From: an uncultured Bacteroidales bacterium
GTDB lineage: Bacteria; Bacteroidota; Bacteroidia; Bacteroidales; UBA4417
DNA length: 64,000 bases
Reading direction: 5' to 3'
Assembly (NCBI GenBank): GCA_963714825.1
Contig: CAVQQF010000009.1
Location: 81,788-145,787 of the forward strand
How positions within the stretch are numbered: position 1 is the stretch's first letter; every line of letters starts with the position of its first letter. The translations under genes were made by a program, and so were the position numbers. Below, one piece after another: positions 29,962 to 39,837 of the stretch. The notes under the pieces were generated by a model that made no database searches, was not told the origin of the DNA, and saw only the letters and a program-made list of their open reading frames with translations.

Positions 29962-30876
29962 TTATTCTAAAATATGCTGTTCGGCCACCTGCAATATTTC
30001 CTTTGTATCAACATCGTATACAAAAGCTACTACACGGCAGTTTTTAGGGATCAGGGTATTCAGGTTGAAGCCGGCAAACTGGGTTTGAAATGTATTAATA
30101 ACAGGAACTGATGAAGTCTGCTCCTTCGTTAACAAGGAGGTTCCCCAGGTGCCGTTTACTGCGCCACGCATTACATGCATATGCACATAATCCAGTATAT
30201 CGGGTGTTGCTCCTACGAGGGGATCGTTGTTTTTCTGAGCCTTTACAATGCTGTCCTCGGTAATAATAAGCGAGATATTTAGCGAGCGGCCTGAAACAGC
30301 CTGCAGGAACGATGTCTTGGTATGGATGCAAAGTTTATCCTCAGCGGCATTGTACTCAGTAATCAGTTGCAGGTCCATCAAAGGTGCTTCGGAAACCGTA
30401 TTTTTAACAGCATTTGCCCATGCCGGAGGCGACAACACCTGCTGGTTGGCAGGATAACCCTTGCGGCTTACCATCCCGTTGGGATTTCCGATAAGGCCTA
30501 CCTTAAAAAAGTCGTCCCAGGTGGTGCCTTCGGGTGTGCGGAAATCATACGCCCACACCGGGTTCGAAGCGCTTGGCTTGGCGTAGTAACCGGCATGTAC
30601 AGCTATTACCACCAGCGAATCCTGGTACTGTGTCTTTAAGTCGTGTGCAATAAGCCCGGCACGCGGGCAATTAACACAGGTATGTCCGGTATAGTCTTCG
30701 AGCAGGGCTCTTTTAAAATGAGCTGTTACCACCGGAAATTCAGGAACGGGGCATGCTGCTGTATCAACAGGAATATTGGGGATTACATACTGTCCGTCAA
30801 TTTTATCGCAGGAAGAAACTACAAATACCGAAACAGCAGCTATTATCAGGGAAGTAAGAAAATTCAGTTTTGTCAT
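29962..30876 (-). CDS. Omp28-family lipoprotein with thioredoxin-like CxxC
   Basis: Lipobox VSSC followed by DKID; LLEDYTGHTCVNCP; IAVHAG; YVHMHVMR...GTWG; VVAFVYD. Confidence 0.85.
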   Translation of the reverse strand: MTKLNFLTSLIIAAVSVFVVSSCDKIDGQYVIPNIPVDTAACPVPEFPVVTAHFKRALLEDYTGHTCVNCPRAGLIAHDLKTQYQDSLVVIAVHAGYYAKPSASNPVWAYDFRTPEGTTWDDFFKVGLIGNPNGMVSRKGYPANQQVLSPPAWANAVKNTVSEAPLMDLQLITEYNAAEDKLCIHTKTSFLQAVSGRSLNISLIITEDSIVKAQKNNDPLVGATPDILDYVHMHVMRGAVNGTWGTSLLTKEQTSSVPVINTFQTQFAGFNLNTLIPKNCRVVAFVYDVDTKEILQVAEQHILE

Positions 30877-30888
30877 AATTCGTTTGTT

Positions 30889-32572
30889 TTAGAAACTGGT
30901 TGTAACCGTTAATGTAAAACCATTGGAAGCCGGCACATTGCGGCAAACGCCTCCCACGCAGACAATACCTTCGCGCTGTTTGCCATACGAAAGCTGAATG
31001 CGGTTAGCATCGTTATTATAAGCTACAGCTACCAAGGGGTAATGAAACCGTTTGTCGGCATCCTCATTGCCATAATTCCACTGGTCGGCAACGCTCACAA
31101 ACCATTTGGGAGCCACCGTGTATTCGAGTATGCCCATCACCCAGTCGCCTTCGTCTTCTTTGGTAAGCAAGGCCTGTGTTTCGAGGCGGATGGCTTTGTT
31201 TTGAGTGAGTTTATAGGTCATTTCAGCAATAAAAATATCGGCATGAACCATGGGTTCGCCGGTATGGCCTTCTATCACATCGATGTTGTAATCCTCGTAC
31301 ATGTAAGTAAACAGCATCTTGAAACTTTTGCTGAATTTATGGCCTATCTCTATATTAAAATCACGAAAGTATTTGGTGTCGCCCACTTTAAAAAACGATG
31401 ATTTGTACCCAAGTGTGCCTGACTCGCCCAGGGAAGTTGAATCGTTAAGTTGTTCTTTAGCAATTGAATTGATGGCCGAAAAGTTAACGGCAATATCAGT
31501 TCCATATTTACCTCCGAGCAGTGTGTTTTTAGGGATTTTATAATTCAGCTGTGCCTGTAATCCCATTTCACTGCCGGGTTGGGTTGCATATGGGTAAAAT
31601 GCAGCAAGTGTATAGGTTTGCTGTTTTGTGATGGCAGGCAGGTAGTTTATATCCAGCACATTTCCGGTTTCGGTACGCTTCGATTTATATCCCATATTAT
31701 CGAGCCGCTTGGCCTGTACTAGTATTCCGAGTCCTTTCTGGTTATAGGATGCCGAAAGCAACAGCGATTCGCCCTTTTTATAAATGAAATTATTCATGGC
31801 ATTAGGATCATTTATTTTTTGGGCATATTCGCCACCCAGCCCAAAATTACCATAGCTCATATTAAATCGTCCGGCACCGGAAGCAACATTTAAAGGGAGA
31901 ATTAATTCTTCCTGATTGCTGTTGTAAATCACCTCGTTAGCCTGGTATTTGCTTACGAAACTTCCGCCAATCTGCATTCGGAACTTACTGTTTTCGAGTG
32001 GTTTGAAAAGGTCGTTCACATTAATATCGGCATCACCTCCGCGCACAATACCGGGGCCCTGATCCCAGAAATACCGCTGTGTTCCGTAAATTCCTTTTAA
32101 TTCAATTCCATCCACAGGCTTGAATTTCAGGCGGATGCCATTCAGTGAATTATCATATCCCGAGGTTATGCTCCTCATAGGTGCGGAATACGGTTCCACT
32201 TCCAAATTGCTCGTAAATATGGCCTGCCGTTACCTGGAACTGCCCGGTTTTATAATCGACAAACCAATAAGGCACACCTGTTCCCTTATAGCGCGGATCG
32301 TAACCATTTACAGGGTTAAGATACGTTTCGTAACGCAGTCCGGCATTAAAATTACCGGCCGAATAGGTGATATTGGTCCAGGAGTTCATCTGCATTTTTT
32401 CGGGTACAGGTAATGCTCCAATGGCAGAGTCGACACGATAGTATTGTGCGTCCATCTGGAAATTGCCATTTACCTGGCTTCCCAGTGAGTTGTTTTGAGC
32501 CGATACCAGGGAGGGTGAAAGGGAGAAACATGCAAGCAGCAAAGCTGCGAGTGTGAAAATTTGAGTTTTCAA
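30889..32572 (-). CDS. DUF6029-family outer-membrane beta-barrel; one +1 frameshift
   Basis: TTG start with signal peptide; YEQFGSG..FRTYEE..LG|YDNSLNG joins across the C3 run 32159-32161; C-terminus REGIVCVGGVCRNVPASNGFTLTVTTSF ends in Phe. Confidence 0.8.
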
Positions 32573-32642
32573 GGTATTTGGTTTTGAGTGGAGGTTGAAC
32601 AAAACGATAGGCAAATCTACATATTTCTGATTAAAAAAAAAG

Positions 32643-32687
32643 CCTCCGGAAGAATTGTAATGCACTGATTACATATTTTTCAGGAGG
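32643..32687 (-). terminator. Long hairpin plus T-run between the TlpA and DUF6029 genes (possible partial terminator)
   Basis: cctccggaagaattgtaat...attacatatttttcaggagg next to an A9 run on the plus strand. Confidence 0.4.
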
Positions 32688-32741
32688 AGAAGCATTTCGG
32701 TTCAACTATACGTTAAAAACCATCCGGAGATTAAGGAGTTT

Positions 32742-33272
32742 TTAGTGTGCTACCGGCTCGCCTGCATTCAGCCTGCGTACAACGTTAATAAGATCAAGTT
32801 CGGCACCTTCGCTGAAACTGGTATGCTGCCATACAATTTCGCCGTTTCCGTTTACAACAAAAGTGTGCGGCACAGCATTTACGTTCATGGCACGTTTGAA
32901 ATCAGCATTTTTGTCGAGCAGAATTTCATATTCCCAGCCTTTACCGCTTACAAGAGTTTTCACCTGGGCCGATGAGCGCGAATCGTCGATGGAAACGGCA
33001 TACAGTTTAACGCCGGTTTCTTCCTGCCAGTCCTCGTACACATCAGCAATGGTAGTTAGTTCCTTAATACAAGGCTTGCACCAGGTTGCCCAGAAACTGA
33101 TGATAATGGGTTTGCCGTCGTTCGAAAGTTTGTCGGTATCTATTTTTACGCCTTTCATATCGGTAACCGTTACATTGGGAAGTTTAAAAAGCACTTTGTC
33201 GGTAGCGGTTTCCTGTGCGAGTAATGTGGTTCCAATTAAAATCAGCACAGCTGTAATCAGGATGTTCTTCAT
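32742..33272 (-). CDS. TlpA-family thiol-disulfide oxidoreductase, periplasmic
   Basis: Signal peptide; FWATWCKPC; VSIDD; cis-Pro loop VPHT. Confidence 0.92.
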   Translation of the reverse strand: MKNILITAVLILIGTTLLAQETATDKVLFKLPNVTVTDMKGVKIDTDKLSNDGKPIIISFWATWCKPCIKELTTIADVYEDWQEETGVKLYAVSIDDSRSSAQVKTLVSGKGWEYEILLDKNADFKRAMNVNAVPHTFVVNGNGEIVWQHTSFSEGAELDLINVVRRLNAGEPVAH

Positions 33273-33307
33273 AAGTGATAAGTTTTTTACAGGGTTTTAC
33301 TAATGTA

Positions 33308-34295
33308 TTATTTTTGAGGGTAATGAACTTCCAGAATTTTTGTTTCCTGCTGTGGAACGATGCGAATGCGTTCCATCACCGCCGGCACCAGCATTACTTC
33401 GCCAGCATTAAGTACTTCGGAGCCTGCATCGTACTCGACAATGCATTTCCCTTCGGCGCATTGCAGTATCACGAATGAATCGATACCGCTGTAGTCTTTA
33501 ACAACAGCCGTGCCAAAATGAATCAGGCTTGTGTTGAAATAAGTACTCTCCACTACCGGGACTGTTTTATTGAACTGCTCCTGGTATTCGGTCCGGTATG
33601 TATTGTGTTTGGTGAAATCGAGGGCTTCGAGGGCCTGTTCGGTATGCAGTTGCCTCGCGTTTCCCTGCTCGTCGACCCGGTCGAAATCGTAAATGCGGTA
33701 TGTTAAATCGCTTGTTTGCTGAATTTCGAATAGACAGCAGTCCGGGGCCTAAAGCATGAACCCTGCCGGCGGGAATAAAGTAAACATCCCCTTTATGCAC
33801 CTGCTCATAATTCATAATGTCCTTAATAGTTCCATTATCCAGGTTCGACAGGTATAACTCAGGCGTCATTTCCTGGTTGAAACCACTGATAAGTTGTGCA
33901 CCGGGATCGGCATCGGCAATGTACCACATTTCGGTTTTCCCCAGGTCGTTATGGCGGCTTTCGGCAAGCTTATCATCGGGGTGAACCTGAATGGAAAGCC
34001 AGTCGCTTGAGTTGAGGATTTTGATGAGTAAGGGGAATTTGTTGCCATATTGCTCATAAACAGCCTCGCCAACCAGGTCGCCCATATAAACCTCTATCAA
34101 CTCATCGAGCTGATTCCCGGTAAGGAAACCGTTTTTCACGGTACTGATTTCATCGCCATGGCCCGACAACACCCAGGCTTCGCCACAATTTGGCAAAGGA
34201 GTGTAATCCATCCCGAACACAGTATGTATCTTATCGCCTCCCCATATTTTTTCCTTAAAAATGGGATTGAATTTCAGCGGATATAATTCGTTCAT
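33308..34295 (-). CDS. manA: Mannose-6-phosphate isomerase class I; one +1 frameshift
   Basis: KIWGG, GEAW, FPLLIK, LSIQVHP, GKTEMWY, AGRVHA; removing one base near 33734 restores EIQQTSDLTYRIYDFDR and joins ORF 33308..33553. Confidence 0.9.
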
Positions 34296-34395
34296 TTTAA
34301 AACTCCAAATCTTTATTTATCAGCGTATTAAATAACATCACTGATCATTTACAGCTGCCAAAAGTACAATAATATACGGTTACGGCAAAGTATAA

Positions 34396-34755
34396 ATGCC
34401 ATTAGGTTTAAGGAAATTGGGCGAATATCTAAAAAATGCACTTTTGCTGAATCAAACCAGATTCATGTCGCTAAAAACTGATAAAAATACGCTCAAACCC
34501 GACTGCCTGAAGATCAAACATCCGAAAGCGCTTGGGAGGGTACATTAAAAAAATAAATCTCTGTTAACCGTTCCCGGTACCCGTTTAAAAATAAATACCG
34601 GTTAATCGTATTACAACCTGGTAAGCCCTTGTGGATTTAATGATAAAAAAGTAACTTCGTTGCTAAATAAATCAGGTAAGGAAATGTATCTGAATGCTGT
34701 TAAATCAGTGTTGAAGGAGAAACTGGCTGAGGTTTTAGGGATGGAATTGTCGTGA
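34396..34755 (+). pseudogene. lipB: Decayed 3' part of lipB (octanoyltransferase)
   Basis: Frame from 34591 reads INTG*SYYNLVSPCGFNDKKVTSLLNKSGKEMYLNAVKSVLKEKLAEVLGMELS*, matching the LipB C-terminus NTDLxYF..I.PCG..D..VTSL. Similarity upstream of 34591 is weak. Confidence 0.6.
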
Positions 34756-34805
34756 GCAATTTAACCCTTGAAGGGTCTGAAACACGAAAAATATTTTCAA
34801 TTTTA

Positions 34806-34857
34806 AATAACCAGATACAAGCAACCACCAGCAACCAGAAACCAGCAACCAGCAACC
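34806..34857. repeat. Heptamer array (AGCAACC)-type
   Basis: aataacc agataca agcaacc acc agcaacc agaaacc agcaacc agcaacc. Confidence 0.8.
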
Positions 34858-34886
34858 AAAATCAAACAACTATTAACCATCCCCCT

Positions 34887-35492
34887 ATGTCCCAAATCAA
34901 ATCCATCTGCGTTTTCTGCGGCTCGTCCAGCGGAAGCAACCCCGAATACACTTCAAAAGCAAAAGACCTCGGAATTTTACTTGTCAAAAAAAATATAACA
35001 CTTATCTATGGCGGAAGCAATGTCGGGCTAATGCGTGTAATTGCCGATACCATGATGGAAGCCGGAGGGAAAGTGGTTGGCATCATGCCGCATACGCTGA
35101 TTGACCGCGAAGTGGCTCATAAAAATATCAGTGTTTTTCATGTGGTAAATACCATGGCCGAACGCAAGGCTATGATGGAACAGCTTTCGGATGGCTTTAT
35201 TGCCATGCCCGGCGGCATAGGTACTTTGGATGAGTTGTTCGAGGTAATGAGCTGGAACCAGCTTGAGCTGATAAGCAAACCTTTGGCGTTATTTAACATA
35301 AGCGGTTATTACGATCAATTGCTTTCGTTCCTGAATCATTCGGTGGACCAGCATTTTGTAAAAACCGAGCACCGGCAAAACCTGATTGCGGAAAGTGATG
35401 AAAATATACTTCTCGAAAAAGTTCTAAATTATAATCCAATAAAAGTGGATGGGGGGAAGTGGATTAAGGAGCTGAAGGAGAATAAATTATAA
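34887..35492 (+). CDS. LOG family (TIGR00730-type) phosphoribohydrolase
   Basis: ICVFCGSS, YGGSNVGLM, MAERK, PGGIGTLDELFE. Confidence 0.92.
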   Translation: MSQIKSICVFCGSSSGSNPEYTSKAKDLGILLVKKNITLIYGGSNVGLMRVIADTMMEAGGKVVGIMPHTLIDREVAHKNISVFHVVNTMAERKAMMEQLSDGFIAMPGGIGTLDELFEVMSWNQLELISKPLALFNISGYYDQLLSFLNHSVDQHFVKTEHRQNLIAESDENILLEKVLNYNPIKVDGGKWIKELKENKL

Positions 35493-35556
35493 ATGGTATA
35501 GCAATTTAATGCTCATTAATCTAACCTGGTCAAGCCAAAACCATAAAGAGTAATAA

Positions 35557-35722
35557 TTCAAAATGCAAAGTTCAAAATGCAAAGTTCAAAATTAGCAGTA
35601 TTGAAGTAAATAACTTAAAACAATTTTCTTGGACGACATTATCAAACTATTCATTAAATAATCCCAAAGCTACTTCTTGGTATAAAATTTTGCATTTTGA
35701 ACTTTAACCTTTGCATTTTGAA
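35557..35722. repeat. Inverted pair of heptamer arrays around a 96-bp spacer
   Basis: ttcaaaa tgcaaag ttcaaaa tgcaaag ttcaaaa (35557-35591); ttttgca ttttgaa ctttaac ctttgca ttttgaa (35688-35722). Confidence 0.88.
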
Positions 35723-35744
35723 CTACTTATTAAAATAAAACGCG

Positions 35745-36002
35745 ATGAAAGACATAAAACTTTTCGAAAATAAGAAAATACGTTCTAATTGAGATAATGA
35801 ACAAGAGAAATGGTATTTTTCTATTGTTGACATTATTGAAGTGTTAACAGACAGCATTAATCCGTAAGTGTATTGGCGGTTTCAAAAAAAGGCTTCTTGC
35901 CGAGGGAAATGAAACCGTTACAAATTGTAACGCTTTGAAAATTAAAGCCCCCGCAATGCCAAAAGAGTAAAAGAAGCCAAAGAAAATAAAAAATTAAAAT
36001 AG
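35745..36002 (+). pseudogene. Bro-N domain (antirepressor-like) pseudogene
   Basis: MKDIKLFENKKIRSN*DNEQEKWYFSIVDIIEVLTDSINP*VYWR / KKRLLAEGNETVTNCNALKIKAP: two nonsense codons, a frameshift, and apparent loss of most of the gene. Confidence 0.75.
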
Positions 36003-36049
36003 TTTTCAAATTTTAGTAAGACCTTTGCATTAAAATTCTAAACAATAGT

Positions 36050-36613
36050 ATGCTCATCATAGGAATTACCGGAACGCTAGGCGCAGGGAAAGGAACCATT
36101 GTCGATTACCTGGTTCTCGAAAAGGGATTTGTACACTTTTCGGTACGCGGCTATATAACCGAAGAAATTATTCGCCTGGGATTACCCGTAAACCGCGACA
36201 GCATGGTTACCGTTGCCAATAACCTCCGCGCCACCAATTCCCCTTCGTTTATTACCGATCAGCTTTATAATCAGGCCATACTGACTGGTAAAAACTGCAT
36301 CATCGAAAGCATCCGCACACCTGGCGAGGTGGAATCGCTCCGCCTGAAAGGAAATTTCGTGCTGCTGGCAGTGGATGCATCACCCGAATTACGTTACGAA
36401 CGCATTGTAATCCGGAATTCGGAAACTGATAAAATTTCATACGATACTTTCCTGGAAAATGAAAAACGTGAGATGAATTCAGATGATCCGAACAAGCAGA
36501 ATTTACATCGCTGTATTCAAATGGCTGATTTCGTTTTAACAAATAACGATTCAATAACCGAGCTTACCGAACAGGTTTCAGCCATTTTGGGAAAGCTGGC
36601 CATTTCATCATGA
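36050..36613 (+). CDS. P-loop nucleotide kinase-like protein (dephospho-CoA/dNMP kinase-like)
   Basis: IIGITGTLGAGKGT, IESIR..GEV, VDASPELRYER, ADFVLTN. Confidence 0.75.
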   Translation: MLIIGITGTLGAGKGTIVDYLVLEKGFVHFSVRGYITEEIIRLGLPVNRDSMVTVANNLRATNSPSFITDQLYNQAILTGKNCIIESIRTPGEVESLRLKGNFVLLAVDASPELRYERIVIRNSETDKISYDTFLENEKREMNSDDPNKQNLHRCIQMADFVLTNNDSITELTEQVSAILGKLAISS

Positions 36614-36715
36614 GCGCAGTCCAAGGCCAACTTTTTGTAGCACAAGTAAGTTGAGACAGTAATTTTTTTCTATATTGTACCGTCAAACAACTGAACAACT
36701 GAAAATTATACCTGA

Positions 36716-37739
36716 ATGTCCCAGAGTCATCACAATATAAATGTCTTTATAGCTGTAATCCTGTTGTTACTGATTGGATTAATTGGTGTTTCAGGGTATA
36801 TGTTCCTCGAGGACTATACCCCCCTGGAAGCATTGTATATGACGGTAATTACAGTTGCAACGGTTGGATTTAAAGAAGTCCGTCAGCTATCGGATAACGG
36901 AAAGATTTTTACGATGTTTCTGATTGTTTTCAGCTTCAGTATCTTTGCTTATTCACTTTCCACCATTACTTCGCATGTTGTTGAACGAAGGCTCAAATCA
37001 TTATTTAAAGGCAATAGAAAAACAAAAGGAATTACTAAGATGAAAGATCATATAATAATTGTAGGGTTTGGCCGTAACGGGCTTACAAACCACACGCGAT
37101 TTGCAGGCACAAAACAAAAAAGTTGTTGTTATTGAAAAAAAACACGAACTGATTCTTGCACATCAGAATGAGAAAGTAATTTTTGTTGAAGGCGATGCAA
37201 CCGAGGATGAGTTTCTCGAACTGGCAGGAATAAATAAGGCTGGTGCACTTATTACTACACTTCCTATCGATGCTGATAACCTGTACGTGGTACTTACAGC
37301 ACGTTCCTTAAATCCTGATCTTCAGATTATTTCGCGCGCATCGCACGAATCGTCGCATAAAAAACTTATTACCGCCGGAGCTTCCCATGTGGTGATGCCC
37401 GAAAAAGTTGGTGGCACTTTTATGGCCAGCCTGGTAGCAAAACCCGACCTGGCCGAATTCTTTCACCAACTCTCCATCGAAGGGAATGAAGGAGTAAACC
37501 TGGTGGAAGTGGTATGTTCCGATCTGCCATCCGAATTCCAGGACCATACCATTCACGACATGAGCATCAGGCGCCTCACCGGAGCTAACATTGTTGGTTT
37601 CCGAACGCCCGAAGGACAATATATTATTAATCCGGGCGGCGATACCGTAATGGTAAAAAATGCAAAATTGTTTGTACTCGGAACCCCTGACCAGATTGAG
37701 AAAGTAAAAGAAATAATCAGGCGGAACCAAAGGGGATAA
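36716..37739 (+). CDS. Two-TM potassium channel with RCK/TrkA-N and TrkA-C domains; one +1 frameshift
   Basis: YMTVITVATVGF pore loop; IVGFGRNG joins the second ORF across the G3 run 37079-37081; EGDAT, DADNL...AR.LNP. Confidence 0.85.
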
Positions 37740-37943
37740 ATGTTGGTTATAGACTTTGAAAATCAGGCTATAAACTGTAATTTCAGGCCTTTTATAATCA
37801 ATTCCGGACAATTTCCTTTTAAACTTAAAAGATGCGGCGAAAGAAGCTGACTCACTGACAACCAATAACCTACGTAAGATCTTCCTCAAAAAAATATTCT
37901 CAGTTCAAGGGAATCAGGATTGCGTGTTGTACAATCATGATTT

Positions 37944-37981
37944 CGATATGCATATATATTCATGTCGTTTATCTATTTTTG
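37944..37981 (+). promoter_or_regulatory. ModE-like operator overlapping the wtpA promoter
   Basis: 24-bp CGATATGCA-TATATA-TTCATGTCG (37944-37967) partly fits CGnTATATA-N6-TATATAnCG; -7 box TATTTTTG at 37974-37981. Confidence 0.5.
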
Positions 37982-37996
37982 CAAAAAATCATTTGA

Positions 37997-38974
37997 ATGA
38001 CATTATTTAAAATCACTGCCCTCAGAATTTTTGCACTCCTCGCCCTGCTGATTACTATTTCGCTGGCAGCACTCAGTCAGACAAAGCCATCTGTTTCGGG
38101 AAACCTGGTTATTTTTCATGCAGGCAGCCTCTCCATGCCTTTTAAAGAAATAGCCAGGGAATTTAATAAGTTATATCCTGATGTTAATGTTAGGATGGAA
38201 GCGGCAGGCTCTGTAGCCTCGGCACGCAAAATTACTGACCTGGGCAAACCTTGCGATATCATGGCCTCGGCCGATTACGCGATTATCGATAAAATGCTGA
38301 TACCGACCTTTGCTGATTATAACATCAAATTTGCCAGTAACGAGCTTTGCGTGGTTTATTCCGAAAAGTCGAGGTATGCAAACCAGATTAATGCCAAAAA
38401 CTGGATGGATATACTTTTAAAACCTGATGTGGCTTACGGCCGCTCCGATCCAAACAGTGATCCCTGCGGTTACCGCACCGAAATGATGTTTCAACTGGCC
38501 GAAAAGCATTACAAAAAAACAGGGATGTACAGCACCTTCGCTGCCAAGGACAAAATATACATGCGACCAAAGGAAACCGATTTACTCGCCCTGCTCGAAA
38601 CCAACACCATTGATTATATTTTCCTTTACCGTAGTGTTGCCGTTCAGCATAAACTTAAATACCTGGTACTTCCGGATGCCATAAACTTAAAAAGCGCAAC
38701 ATTCGCTCAGCAATACGCTGCGGTAAAAGTTGAAATAAATGGCAGCAAACCCGGCGAAAAACAAACCATGACCGGCGAACCAATGATTTACAGCTTTACC
38801 ATTTTGCGAAATGCACCCAATAGAGCGGCTGCCATAGCATTTGCCGAATTCCTGTTAAGTAAAAATAATGGACAGGCCATAATGATAAGGAATGGACAAC
38901 CTTCGGTAGTGCCGATGGAAGTCAATAATTATGAAAAAGTCCCGGCTCCACTCAAGCCTTTTGTTAAAAAATAA
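37997..38974 (+). CDS. wtpA: Tungstate/molybdate ABC substrate-binding protein, WtpA type
   Basis: IFHAGSLS.PF, EAAGSVASARKITDL, ASADY, GRSDPNSDPCGYR, RPKETDL, YRSVA.QH. Confidence 0.85.
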   Translation: MTLFKITALRIFALLALLITISLAALSQTKPSVSGNLVIFHAGSLSMPFKEIAREFNKLYPDVNVRMEAAGSVASARKITDLGKPCDIMASADYAIIDKMLIPTFADYNIKFASNELCVVYSEKSRYANQINAKNWMDILLKPDVAYGRSDPNSDPCGYRTEMMFQLAEKHYKKTGMYSTFAAKDKIYMRPKETDLLALLETNTIDYIFLYRSVAVQHKLKYLVLPDAINLKSATFAQQYAAVKVEINGSKPGEKQTMTGEPMIYSFTILRNAPNRAAAIAFAEFLLSKNNGQAIMIRNGQPSVVPMEVNNYEKVPAPLKPFVKK

Positions 38975-39039
38975 CCTGCTCTTTCACCTTGAAAATCCCT
39001 ATGCCTTCACTTCGACTTCTACCTTTTCTACTTTCATAA

Positions 39040-39837
39040 ATGAAGCAATTTTCGCCCTTCCAACTCGCAATAACACTGGCTTCTGCCCTTATACTGCTGT
39101 TTATTGTTGCGCCTTTGGCAGGGATGTTTATATCAACAAGCCCATCCGATTTATTCGAAACTGCCCGTGATGTGGAAGTACAGCAAAGCATTAAACTCAC
39201 GTTATGGGTTTCGCTTGCTGCTACCGTAATATTCTCGGTTGCCGCTATCCCTTTGTCCTATCTGCTTGCACGCAAAGAATTTCCCTTAAAAGCCATAGTA
39301 TCAGGGATTATTGATTTGCCTGTGGTAATTCCACATTCGGCAGCAGGTATTGCAATACTGGGATTTGTATCGCGCGATTCGGTGCTTGGCAAAATGGGTT
39401 CGGCCGTAGGTCTGAATTTTGTCGGGCACCCGGCCGGAATTGCAATAGCCATGGCATTTGTAAGCCTTCCATTCCTTATTAATGCTGCCCGCGACGGTTT
39501 CACCGGTGTTCCGGTACGTCTCGAAAAAGCTGCACTTACGCTCGGAGCCTCCCCGGCAAGGGTGTTTTTTACCATTTCGTTGCCATTGGCCTGGCGCAAT
39601 ATTGTTTCGGGGCTAATCATGATGTTTGCCCGCGGAATGAGCGAATTCGGAGCTGTTATTATGGTTGCCTACCACCCGATGATAACACCAATCCTGATAT
39701 ACGAACGCTTTGGTGCATTTGGCATGAAATACGCCCGGCCGGTTTCGGTATTATTTATCCTTATTTCGTTAGCTGTATTTATTGCTCTCAGGTGGCTGGC
39801 ACGAAAAAAAGACCAAAAATTCATTCCCCATGCTTGA
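39040..39837 (+). CDS. wtpB: Tungstate/molybdate ABC permease
   Basis: IDLPVVIPHSAAGIAIL, EKAALTLGAS (EAA loop), ARGMSEFGAV. Confidence 0.8.
   Translation: MKQFSPFQLAITLASALILLFIVAPLAGMFISTSPSDLFETARDVEVQQSIKLTLWVSLAATVIFSVAAIPLSYLLARKEFPLKAIVSGIIDLPVVIPHSAAGIAILGFVSRDSVLGKMGSAVGLNFVGHPAGIAIAMAFVSLPFLINAARDGFTGVPVRLEKAALTLGASPARVFFTISLPLAWRNIVSGLIMMFARGMSEFGAVIMVAYHPMITPILIYERFGAFGMKYARPVSVLFILISLAVFIALRWLARKKDQKFIPHA

Noticed and set aside
34752-34886. N-terminal extension of the LOG protein (QATTSNQKPATSNQ) in the ORF track
   Set aside because: It is the heptamer array read in frame; the family-typical start is ATG 34887.
35790-35792. TGA at a Trp position as evidence of stop-codon recoding
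   Set aside because: The same relic also has a TAA and a frameshift, and intact genes in the window end normally at TGA.
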